From the NCBI GenBank assembly GCA_030141605.1, contig JAQGDQ010001961.1:1-19253 (forward strand): a DNA stretch of 19,253 nucleotides. Reading direction: 5' to 3'. Source of the DNA: Tubiluchus corallicola. Lineage: Eukaryota; Animalia; Priapulida. Numbering within the stretch: position 1 is the stretch's first letter; every line of letters starts with the position of its first letter. Shown piece after piece: positions 1 through 10,126 of this stretch. The notes under the pieces were generated by a model that saw only the letters and a list, made by a program, of their open reading frames with translations, was not told the origin of the DNA and searched no databases. The position numbers and the translations under genes were made by a program.

Positions 1-3000
1 TTCGTTCATCTGAAAATTTAGTCGTTGGAATAACCGAAACTTGGCTACACAAGCAAATACCTAGTGCCTCCATACAACTGCCTCATCATACACTCATACG
101 TCGAGACCGTCCCACACATAAACGTGGAGGAGGGGTTGCAATGTACATCCCAAAACACATGTCATTTAACGAAGCCAAAGGAATTAAAACTAACAAAATA
201 GAATCAATTTGGTACAATATCGAAAACTACATTGTAGGTGTCATTTATAAGCCACCAAATCAAAAATATAAGACTTTTCTAAAACATTTTGAAATTGAAC
301 TTGAACGTGCTGTACTTGAAAATCAACCAGTTTTATTAATGGGGATTTTAATATCGATATTAATGCAACAAATACTGCTCAGTGCAGAAAGTATAAAGAA
401 GTCTTGGACCAATATAACACGCAAATACTAAACGCAAGTAATAAACCCACAAGAATCACTAAAACATCATCTACTACCATAGACACTTTATCTCAAACGC
501 TAAAGACAATTTCCAAGTACAAGAAAACTTCTCGTATGATTATTCTGATCATGATTTTATAATAATAGTAGACAAAACAAAACCAACCATAAAGAATACA
601 GGCACAGTCTGGAAAACAGTCAGAGATTATTCTACATATAATAAAGATATATTTCAAGATACTTTAACCAAATTGGACTGGAGTAATATTTACACAATGA
701 CTGACATTGACATGCAAATAAACACATTAATAAATAATATGGAATACTGCCTGGATATCTATGCACCGTATAAAAAAATTAAAATACATCAGCAGCAATT
801 TAATGCAAAATCTGCCTGCCCTTGGGCGGATACAGAACTCGCAAGACTAAGACACAATAAAAATGAATTATATAGAACATATTTACATTTAAAAGGTAAA
901 ATCAATTACAATAATTACAAAAAGGCACGAAATAAATTTAATAGCTACAACAGGAAACTCAAAAATAAATATTATATTAATAAATGCAATGATGCAACTA
1001 CACCTAAACAAAAATGGCGTTTAATTAATGACGTACTTAACAGATACAGAAACGATCAATTACAAATAAATAGTTTACGAGAAAATGACAGTATAATATC
1101 TGATCCAGTTGACATTGCTAACAAATTAAATTCCACATTTATCAATCTCGGAAAATTTGACAACTTACCACACCAACATAATGCAAATATACACAATATA
1201 TACAAAAACCAATCAGTAATACAATCCACTTTCTCATTTACTAGCGTCACAGAATACGACATCTTTAGAATATTAAACAGTTTAAATATAAATAAAGGAA
1301 GTGGACCCTCAGACATGCCAATAAAGATCTTAAAAGACTGTGCCAGCATCATTACTCCTCATCTAACATATATCACAAAGGGAGTCTTAATGCGCTCAGA
1401 ATTTCCAGCAGTGTGTAAACAAGCAAACATAACTCCAATACACAAGAAGGATGCTAAAGATGATGCTAAAAACTACAGACCAATCTCAGTAGTGCACGTA
1501 CTAGCCAAAGTATTTGAAAGAGTTATCTACAACCAAATAAACCATTACATTGAAAATAATAAGTTACTGTCAAATCATCAATTTGGTTTTAGAAAACTAC
1601 ATTCTACAATAGACGCGATAATTGGTGCCACTGAAAAGTGGCGTTACAACTTAAATAAAAATAAATATATAACAGCAGCATTTTTAGATCTAAGTAAAGC
1701 TTTTGACAGCCTCGATCACAATTTACTACTAGACAACTTACGCCAACTAGGATTCGATTGTACTTCTCTCAAACTAATTAATAATTACCTACACAATAGA
1801 AAACAAAGAGTCAAACTGAACAAACACACTTTTTCAACATGGGACACACCACAGAGAGGCATCCCACAAGGTACGATATTAGGTCCATTACTCTTTTGTT
1901 TATACGTTAATAAAATTCATTTAGTTTTACATAATTCAGACTTAACACAATATGCCGATGATACAACACTCTATACAGCACACGCAGACTTTCTAACATC
2001 AAAAAATAATCTAGAAAAAGACATAACAAATATAAATGCAGCATTTAACTATTTTGGTTTAAAATGAATGATGATAAGACAGAATTTATGGTAATATCAC
2101 CCAAATCCAATGACATTACTTCTAATGCAACACTAAAAGTAGGTGACTGTTCCATAGAACAAGCAAAAACTGTAAAATTTTTAGGCATTACTGTCGACAA
2201 TAAACTCACTTGGGATGAACAGTTTCATCAAATACACAACAAGATGGCATTAAGCACGACATTCTTACGCCAAACCCGAGGCCATCTAACCAAGAAAACA
2301 AAAATTCTCATCTACAAAAGTCTAATATTACCACATTATCTATATGGTTGCACTTTACTTCAAAACGTTAAATATGAAAACTTTAGAAAACTAAATACGA
2401 TGCAAAACTACGCACTTAGATTAATTCATAGCTACTCTAACAAAACTGCTAAACAACATGCTGCTTCTGCAACAAGCTTAAGAACGTCCACAAAAATACC
2501 AATATTAGAAGCCTATCGAGATTACAAAACACTGATATTTCTTTATAAATATATAAATAAACTGAGCATTCCATTTATAAACAATCCCTTAGCATTTATT
2601 CCTGATACCACATTGAACACTAGAACATACAATTTAAAGCAAATTACAGTAAACAATAAATTTGGAAATAACTCTATATCAAAACAGGCCATACATTTAT
2701 GGAACTTACTACCCAGTGAAATAAAACAAATAGAATCTCTCCACCACTTTAAAAAGAAATTAAAAGAATATCAATATAACAGGTTTCAACTTCCACATTG
2801 TGCATCTGATACTAATTACACGGACTCCACTTTCATATACCCCCGCCCCTGACTCCATATAATGATTAAAAATGAATTTTTTTTAAAAAAATTATGTAAT
2901 GTAATACGTGTTATGTTAGTTTCGTGTTTCGTAATGTTAAATGTATAAATAGTGTGCACTATGTAATGTAAAATTTAATGTACTTTCCTATAATTGTCTG

Positions 3001-3200
3001 TGAAAATATTTTAATATGGTATTTGTAAATATGTTCATTATATTGTATATAGTTTGCACTTTAGTTTTTTTAGTATGCACTGGACGCATTTGTCTTGAAC
3101 AGTGTTGTTATTTTAACATTACGCTGAGGCTAACTCAATTTTATTATAATGAGGGAACCGTTTTTATGACAAATAAAGAATTAATATATATATATATATA
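1..3200 (+). mobile_element. Non-LTR retrotransposon (LINE, CR1/L2 group), 5' part outside the window; ORF2, 3' UTR and (TA)n tail
   Basis: APE endonuclease motifs (GITETWL, RRDR..RGGGVAMYI, GDFN, SDH) are followed by RT motifs (NYRPIS, FLDLSKAFD, GIPQGTILGPLLF, YADD, KFLG) and a C-terminal LWNLLP. An AT-rich 3' UTR ends in AATAAA (3171-3176) and a (TA)n run to 3200. Antisense to the host gene. Confidence 0.95.
3..2852 (+). CDS. LINE ORF2 (APE endonuclease + reverse transcriptase), N-terminally incomplete, split by three single-base frameshifts
   Basis: Frame 3 (3-343), frame 2 (344-484, DFNID...PTRITKTSSTTID), frame 1 (484-2064, HFISN...YSDH...YADD...FGLK), frame 3 (2064-2852, MNDDKTEF). 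No in-frame stop along this path. Confidence 0.88.
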
Positions 3201-3795
3201 GGCGAGTATGGCGAGATAACGGGAATATAACGAAGTTAGTCTATATGTATATACATAATAGTTGATTAACATAGTGTTCCTCTATGTACATATAAAATAT
3301 ATTTCGCATTATGATACCAATCAACGTTAAATCAGAAATGAAAAAATGTCATAAAAATAATCTTAGAATGTTACTTTTTTATTTAAAAAACCTTTTTCAA
3401 GTATACACTTAAATGCAATAAACTTAGCAAAAGATTTAGAAATGTTCACAAATGAGTTACTGACGACTGAAATAATTCAGAAGAGACGACTGTTTCATTG
3501 ATGATACACGCAAGCAGTCAACACGACGTTTAATCAAACACATGCCGCGGTTATATTGATCGACAGGCGGTATATGTATTGATCGATTCACCTCTGAGTT
3601 TGTCTGTTTGTCGACATAACGAATATAGTTTACATAGGCACTCACCCTAGCTTGACGTGGCGAGGGCGAGAAGCAAGAAGCGAGGGTGGCGAATTAACGA
3701 GGTAAATATCAAAGCAGGAAATCTGTCCTGGTACTTTCTATGGCGAGAGACGAGTTTGGCGGCATAACGGGGGGCGAGATAATGTGGCTAGACTG
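3201..3795. mobile_element. Tc1/mariner-pogo-type MITE, copy 1, left end displaced by the LINE insertion
   Basis: Collinear with 9428-10016. Ends in the right TIR (...ggctagactg) plus TA and begins immediately after the LINE (TA)n tail. Confidence 0.9.
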
Positions 3796-3878
3796 TAATT
3801 GTTTAATTTTATCAAAACCTCTTTAATTACCAAGACACATGAAAAATATCTTGAAATTTCATTTAGGGAACATAATAT

Positions 3879-4710
3879 GTTTCCAGCTTGCAAACCAAAA
3901 CCGTCCACAAGTTGGCATAGCTTAAGTTATGTTATGATGCTTCAAAGTAGAGTGCACCAAAAATTTGGTCAAATGTCAATTTTTCTTGTTTTTTGTAAAA
4001 AGAAATGCTAAATATATTGGACTATTTTATTCTAACATCAAATTACCAAGAAAATGTTCAAAAAATACTAAAAAATCTAATTTTTTAACCCCATACACAT
4101 TTGTTTGCTAGAATTTAGTACTGCAATTGTAAAAAAAACTTGAATTTTCAAACTCTGAATGCAGCTCGTGAAAGGAGTCATTTTGCTTCGGGTTTTTTCT
4201 GTTGCGAAGCTCAGATGTTCATCAGAAAGAGCCATCTACTGGATTTAAACACAACCTCAGTGTGTTCTTCTAATGTTTGTAGCAACCAACACTTGTGCAT
4301 TTGCTGAGTATTTTGTAGAGACGAGACAAAAAACAATGGCTGACTTTAACAGTAATTTTCTCAAGATTATGTTTTTCAGTGTGCAGCCTGCACCTCAACT
4401 TCAACGTGGATTATCTCAGCTTAGAAATAACATAGAGTGATGAACTTGGTATCAAAATGATCCTCATGAAATGGAGATTCAGGATATGTGACAAAAACAA
4501 TGGCTGACTTTAACAGTGATTTTCTCAAGATCATGTTTTTCACTGCACAGCCTGCACTTCAACTTCAACGTGGATTATCTCAGCTTAGAAATAACATTCA
4601 GCAATGAACTTGGTATCAAAATGATCCTCATGAAATGGAGATTCAGGATATGTGAAAACTAGAAAAGCTTAATGCCAACTTGTGGACGATTTTGCTATAC
4701 AAGCACACAC
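3879..4710. mobile_element. Unclassified non-autonomous TIR DNA transposon flanked by ATAT
   Basis: Imperfect ~40-bp terminal inverted repeat with core cgtccacaagttggcat (3902-3918) / atgccaacttgtggacg (4672-4688). ATAT lies at 3875-3878 and 4711-4714. No coding capacity. Confidence 0.7.
4325..4655. repeat. Tandem duplication, ~165-bp unit x2, inside the TIR element
   Basis: gacaaaaa(a)caatggctgactttaacagt...ggagattcaggatatgt occurs at 4325 and 4490 with scattered substitutions. Confidence 0.92.
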
Positions 4711-4853
4711 ATATCATTTTATTGATGTTCACTTGTTTGTTTTCATCTTCGTGCAGAAAACAAAAGCAGAAAAAGAAATGCAAGGAAAAAATTAAATCAG
4801 ATTCTACTCAATTACATATTTATACACTTTCTCGTCATTAAACATTTCATTAC

Positions 4854-5029
4854 CTGTCCCGTCTCGTCGTAAGGCATGTGGCTTCCTACGACTCGACATT
4901 GCAGCTTCTCCGGAAAAGCGCAGAGACGCTCGCTGGCTTCAATCACCTCCTCGATCTGTTCGAAATCTCCTCCGCTTCTACCGCCCTCCGATGCATCCGT
5001 GTTGATCCACGAACTGTACATTATGCAGG
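4854..5029 (-). CDS. Exon D of mucin/hemolectin-like gene (N-terminal part of a WxxW/CysD domain)
   Basis: Acceptor cttcttacag|cc and donor cag|gtaatg; 176 bp, phase 1 to 0. Peptide (A)CIMYSSWINTD...GGDFE...C...LQCR...ETGQ resembles the CysD repeats in the large exon. Entry phase matches exon C. Confidence 0.88.
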
Positions 5030-5130
5030 CTGTAAGAAGCACATCGTACTACATTGATAGTGAGCATGTTAAAAAACACAGCTGATGATTTCTGTGTAAA
5101 ATTATTTGTAATTAAATGTAAAATTTATTG

Positions 5131-5415
5131 ATAAGATAAGATAAGGTAAGGTAAGGTAAGGTAAGGTAAGGTAAGGTAAGGTAAGGTAAGGTAAGGTAAG
5201 GTAAGGTAAGGTAAGGTAAGGTAAGGTAAGGTAAGGTAAGGTAAGGTAAGGTAAGGTAAGGTAAGGTAAGGTAAGGTAAGATAAGATAAGATAAGATAAG
5301 ATAAGATAAGATAAGATAAGATAAGATAAGATAAGATAAGATAAGATAAGATAAGATAAGATAAGATAAGATAAGATAAGATAAGATAAGATAAGATAAG
5401 ATAAGATAAGATAAG
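5131..5415. repeat. Compound pentanucleotide microsatellite (ATAAG)3(GTAAG)27(ATAAG)27
   Basis: Read directly: GTAAG block 5146-5280, ATAAG block 5281-5415. Confidence 0.98.
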
Positions 5416-5890
5416 ATAATATTTATTTTCATCGGTATGATACAAACAGTGCATATTTGTAGAAACATGAGCTTAAAGCTCGTAAACCGATATCAAACAT
5501 AATGTATATGAGCGATAACATGGTAATAATATGTACTTCTTAAAATCTTTTAGATGCCACCAGAGGTATTGGTACAAAAGAAATTTATAACTACATGAAG
5601 ACAGTAAAAATTTGAGACAGTAAAATTCTTGGCAGTAAGATTTTCTAAAATTTACACAAAAACCTATCTAGGTCAATAAAAATTTTTCCTGCCAACCCAT
5701 TCGGCATTTAATTACGACTTAACAAAATTGGGAAGTTTGCTGAATTTACAAATTCCACATTTACATGATGCACCAGTCCATGAGTTAATTAGACGTTTAA
5801 ATTCCCCAAGATTTTCGGCCATTCGGAGACAGTTTGGTAATTCATTCCACAATGTGGCTCCATAATAGGAGAAACTTTTTTTGCCACTGG
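5131..5890 (-). mobile_element. 5'-truncated LINE (CR1/L2 group): ORF2 C-terminus, 3' UTR and microsatellite tail
   Basis: Minus strand 5885-5712 translates to GKKSFSYYGATLWNELPNCLRMAENLGEFKRLINSWTGASCKCGICKFSKLPNFVKS*, a typical ORF2 end (SF.Y.G..LWN.LP, CxCxxC). AATAAA at 5427-5422 directly precedes the (CTTAT/CTTAC)n tail. 5' boundary uncertain. Confidence 0.82.
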
Positions 5891-6255
5891 ATCAGACTGG
5901 ATTTCACAACTGCCTTAAGTTTAAATTTCTCGTCTAAATCTAAGAAACTTGTCTGAGAGACAGTAATTCAACTCAGCTTCGTGGCATACCCCCCCCCCCC
6001 CCGATAAAAAACACAAAATTGTAGTTAAGTACCCACTGAAAAAGTTTTCTTATACAGTTATTTGCAAAAGTTTAAGACCAAGCTCGAGTTTTCGGGATTT
6101 TCATCATACTGTACCCTGATTGCATAAGATTCTTTGTTGATTGCATCATACTGCTAGTGGTTTGAAACAGTACGTCTAGTGAGTATGAGTGACTCATTTG
6201 CCTGCCGCTATCCATACAGATCAGCCGTTTTTGTATTTTTCTTGTGATCCAAAAA

Positions 6256-6898
6256 ATGGGCAAAAATCGTCATTGAGTGAGACTCAGAGGGTTCAAATCG
6301 TGATTTTACATCAAGAAGGATATACTGAAAGGGCGATAAGTGCTAGATTACGGTTTTCCAAGACAGCCGTGCACCAAGCTATCGTCAAATTCAAGACTGA
6401 TGGCACTTACAGCGATAGGAAACGCTCTGGACGTCCGCGGAAGACTACCTAAAGAGACGACCACATCATGAGACGCATGGTGGTACGCTCAGGACGTCCG
6501 CGGAAGACTACCTAAAGAGACGACCACATCATGAGACGCATGGTGGTACGCTCAGGACGTCCGCGGAAGACTACCCAAAGAGACGACCACATCATGAGAC
6601 GCATGGTGGTACGCTCAGGACGTCCGCGGAAGACTACCCAAAGAGACGACCACATCATGAGACGCATGGTGGTACGCTCAGGACGTCCGCGGAAGACTAC
6701 CCAAAGAGATGACCACATCATGAGACGCATGGTGGTATGCTCGCCTATGAGCCATCAAGTGCTGAAGACTTGCGAAGAGTTATCAAGGACGTTTGGGTTA
6801 AAGAAATTACTTCTGAGTACAGCCAAAACCTAATTTCCAGTATGCCTCTTAGAATGAAGGCAGTGATTGACAACTTCGGCAGCTATACAAAGTACTAA
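6256..6898 (+). pseudogene. Tc1 transposase pseudogene
   Basis: ATG at 6256 with a frameshift in the A-run, then a paired-like HTH (LSETQRVQIV...SKTAVHQAI) and RSGRPRKTT, premature TAA at 6450-6452, and a deletion junction near 6750. The Tc1 C-terminus ...LISSMPLRMKAVIDNFGSYTKY* ends at 6898. Confidence 0.9.
6423..6737 (+). repeat. 63-bp tandem repeat x5 encoding RSGRPRKTT(Q/*)RDDHIMRRMVV
   Basis: Units start at 6423, 6486, 6549, 6612 and 6675. The first two carry TAA, the last three CAA. Confidence 0.97.
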
Positions 6899-7100
6899 AA
6901 TGTTCAAGAACTGTGACTATTTTTGGATAAAAACATACAAACTATGCTGTAGCCTATTTTTATAGAAGAATAAATGAATAGTTTTTAAATGGAACCATGT
7001 TAAACGATGGTTTTGTCAATTTTCATGAAAAAAATCACTTTGGTCTTAAACTTTTGCAAATGACTGTACATTTGTACTGTTTCAACAGAATCAACTTTTT

Positions 7101-7314
7101 CAGTGCACTTGACCACTGTGCTGCCCTCTGAAAAGTGTCACCCTAGATGGACAGCACCCTCACCCAGCTATTCAGTGTACTTGACCACTGTGTTGCCCTC
7201 TGAAAAGTGTCACCCTAGATGGACAGCACCCTCACCCAGCTATTCAGTGTACTTGACCACTGTGCTGCCCTCTGAAAAGTGTCACCCTAGATGGACAGTA
7301 CCCTCACCCAGCTA
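7101..7314. repeat. 72-bp tandem repeat x3 at the right end of the hAT-like MITE
   Basis: Unit cagtg(c/t)acttgaccactgtg...ccctcacccagctatt starts at 7101, 7173 and 7245. Confidence 0.95.
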
Positions 7315-8172
7315 TGCCACTGCTCAACTACTTAGACATAAAATGTTTGAATCACAAAGCAATGAAATTACATTCGGTTCTGACAACTAGTTACAAAGAG
7401 AACTAAACCTGTACTTTTAGTAAGACAGGATGACTTTTTATTCACTACCCCATTATCAAATCTTATAAAAAGTAAACATTTTAACACTTTTAACACTGCA
7501 AAAGCATTTCTGATAATTAAATAATTGACTAAAAACTTAATTAATGGCGGGCGAGCGCAGTTATTGATGACATCACAAACTAACATAATATCCAACAACA
7601 AAAATATTCCACGAGCGTGTTGCACGTGTTTGCGAAAGAGAAAATTAAAATACAGTATTACTGTAAGATATTCAGTGTGTTGTACTAAAACTAAGCAAGT
7701 TTTAAGATAAAAATTCAAGTTTCAAATTTATCGCTGTGCTCACGCATGAGCTGTCGAACGTGAGCACTTCGTCACAAACTAACACGTCTGAAATAAGAGG
7801 TTTTTATGCAATGCTTTTGAAATGCAGACACTAGTGCCTGCCTAACTAGCGAACGGCGAAATGCAAGTGACAGCAAAGAACTAATGGCGGGAACGCGTTT
7901 TTGTGTTTTTATGATAATAATTCTTTCACGTAAGTTATTTTTGAAAAAACAATATGTTTCCTTTGACTATTTTAAAGAGTATATTGTTCTGACTTACAGC
8001 TTAAGATTGGGTCCAGTTTTGCCTTTCAACTTAAACAACCTCAGATATACTATATTTAAGTTTTACATCATCCTTACATAGTATACCAGCTATAAGTTCA
8101 ATAAGTTGTCATTCTTTAAGTCAATCAGTCAGTCACACATTGTATGGATCGTAAGTCAACAATTGACTATAA

Positions 8173-8654
8173 CAGGTGTGTGCAAATTGCGGCCCACCGA
8201 GAGAATTTGTGTGGCCCGCGAAGAGATTTGTCAACCTAATGAAAGTGCGGCCCGGGCGATTAATTGAGTGTATCCAGCTGAAGTCTGTGCCGCGATCCCA
8301 AAGATAGTGTGGGTAGTTTTTTCTACTAGATCGGATGCCATTAACCCTTACAAGACGGTTGTAGCTTAATGTCACTGTACTACACAGACTGTGTGATACA
8401 CATTACTAATATGCATTGTAATGAAATTACCACTATCTGTCCTGAAAGTACAAATATATGGTTTGTAATATAAATTTTAATAACTTCTAAAATAGTTTCT
8501 TGAGTGTAGTAGTAATGACGTACGCAGGTCGGATGCAAAAAAATCGTTATTAGGCCTTTCTGTACTTGGCTCCTTGATCAAACTGCCAGTGGCCTGCAGG
8601 AATTGCGGGAAAGTTTAATGTGGCCCGGCTAGTCAGATAATTTGCACACCCCTG
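8173..8654. mobile_element. hAT (Buster/Charlie-type) MITE
   Basis: 16-bp TIR cagg(t/g)gtgtgcaaatt; perfect 8-bp TSD gactataa (8165-8172, 8655-8662) with central TA; several subterminal ggccc motifs. Confidence 0.93.
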
Positions 8655-8852
8655 GACTATAATATATCCATAAATAATAACAAAAGCATAAGAATAAGGA
8701 TAAAGACACATAATAAGAAGAACACTTACGATCACTTTCATAACGTCGTGTTGTTCTCTGAGTGGTAATTTCTTGAGTTGTAACTGAAATAAACATGGCA
8801 GTTCATTTACATTAAATTTTTTTGTTAATTCAACAGATTTATTCACTAAATT

Positions 8853-9132
8853 TTATGTTCAGTTGTTCAAAGTTCAGCATATAGTCAAACACTTATGTTC
8901 AATTGTTCACAGTTCACCATATAGTCAAACATTCATGTTCAGTTGTTCACAGTTCACCATATAGTCAAACACTTATGTTCAATTGTTCACAGTTCACCAT
9001 ATAGTCAAACATTCATGTTCAGTTGTTCACAGTTCACCATATAGTCAAACATTCATGTTCAATTGTTCGCAATTCACCATATAGTCAAACATTTATGTTC
9101 AGTTGTTCACAGTTCACCCTATAGTTGAACAT
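8853..9132. repeat. 40-bp minisatellite x7
   Basis: Unit t(t/c)atgttca(g/a)ttgttcacagttcaccatatagtcaaaca(c/t) recurs every 40 bp. Confidence 0.96.
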
Positions 9133-9373
9133 GTCTGTCAAAATAGTCAGAAATGTTTGTCTATATAGACATATTTACCTTTTTATTTTTACGAATTAAT
9201 ATAATTATGACATTGATTAATTGCTACTAGCACAATGTTAATGTTACTAACATCTAATTAGAAATGACTGACTGGGTCTTACGTCACCTCTTCTCATAGT
9301 TTTCTGTATCATATGCACTAACATCTTAACTACTGTAGTGAGTTTATGAAGACAATTAAATTCACTATTACTA

Positions 9374-10016
9374 CAGTCTAGTCTCGTTATCTCGCCATTG
9401 TCCGTCTAGGGCAAATTTTTGGCGAGAGGCGAGTATGGCGAGATAATGGGAATATAACGAAGTTATTCTATATGTATATACATAATAGTTGATTAACATA
9501 GTGTTCCTCTATGTACATGTAAAATATATTTCGCATTATGATACCAATCAAAATTAAATCAGAAATGAAAAAAATGTCATAAAAATAATCTTAGAATGTT
9601 ACTTTTTTATTTAAAAAACCTTTTTCGAGTATACACTTAAATGCAATAAACTTAGCAAAAGATTTAGAAATGTTCACAAATGAGTTACTGACGACTGAAA
9701 TAATTCAGAAGAGACGACTGTTTCATTGATGATACACGCAAGCACTCAACACGACGTTTAATCAAACACATACCGCGGTTATACTGATCGACACTCGGTA
9801 TATGTATTGATCGATTCACCTCTGAGCTTGCCTGTTTGGCCACATAACGAATATAGTTTACATAAGCACTCATCCTAGCATGAAGTGGCGAGGGCAAGAA
9901 GCGAGAGTGGCGACTTAACGAGGTAAATATCAAAGCAGGAAATCCGTCCTGGTACTTTCTATGGCGAGAGACGAGTTTGGCGGCATAACGAGGGGCGAGA
10001 TAACGAGGCTAGACTG
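9374..10016. mobile_element. Tc1/mariner-pogo-type MITE, copy 2, complete (643 bp)
   Basis: 23-bp TIR cagtctag(t/c)ctcgttatctcgcc; TA duplication (9372-9373, 10017-10018); repeated ggcgag subterminal motifs; second copy at 3201-3795. Confidence 0.93.
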
Positions 10017-10126
10017 TATTACTATAAACATTGTCCGTTAGGTCACTAATTGCCTACCATAACTTTATGGCACTCTGTATGAAAGTAAAGTGTCTGAACA
10101 TATTCAATAAAAACAATTATATATTA

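Larger units (their letters stand above)
6055..7066 (+). mobile_element. Tc1-family DNA transposon, internally deleted (no DDE domain)
   Basis: 27-bp TIRs cagt(t/c)atttgcaaaagtttaagaccaa with one mismatch; TA on both sides (6053-6054, 7067-7068); transposase N- and C-terminal remnants inside. Confidence 0.95.
5980..7322. mobile_element. Degenerate hAT-like MITE interrupted by the Tc1 element
   Basis: Left end c-gtggcata-c, right end gctatgccactg. Flanks ctcagctt (5972-5979) and ctcaacta (7323-7330) match 6/8 as a decayed 8-bp TSD. Right end resembles that of the 14811-15404 element. Confidence 0.55.

Noticed and set aside
2058-2067. U UUA AAA slippery heptamer before the stop, suggesting programmed -1 frameshifting in ORF2
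   Set aside because: Not expected inside a LINE RT domain; two other single-base deletions lack such a site, so a missing A is the simpler explanation.
3457-3645. ORF repeated at 9685-9933, suggesting a small gene family
   Set aside because: Both lie inside copies of the same MITE; the similarity reflects the repeat and no protein motif is evident.
5031-5415. (CTTAC/CTTAT)n as a tandem array of yUnAy branch points for exon D
   Set aside because: Several AG dinucleotides lie between the array and the acceptor on the sense strand, arguing against a distant branch point.
5112-5468. ORFs reading (LILSY)n(LTLPY)n
   Set aside because: Translation artefacts of a stop-free pentanucleotide microsatellite.
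7103-7390. 95-aa repetitive ORF over the 72-bp array
   Set aside because: A by-product of a unit length divisible by three at a MITE end; no protein motif or exon support.
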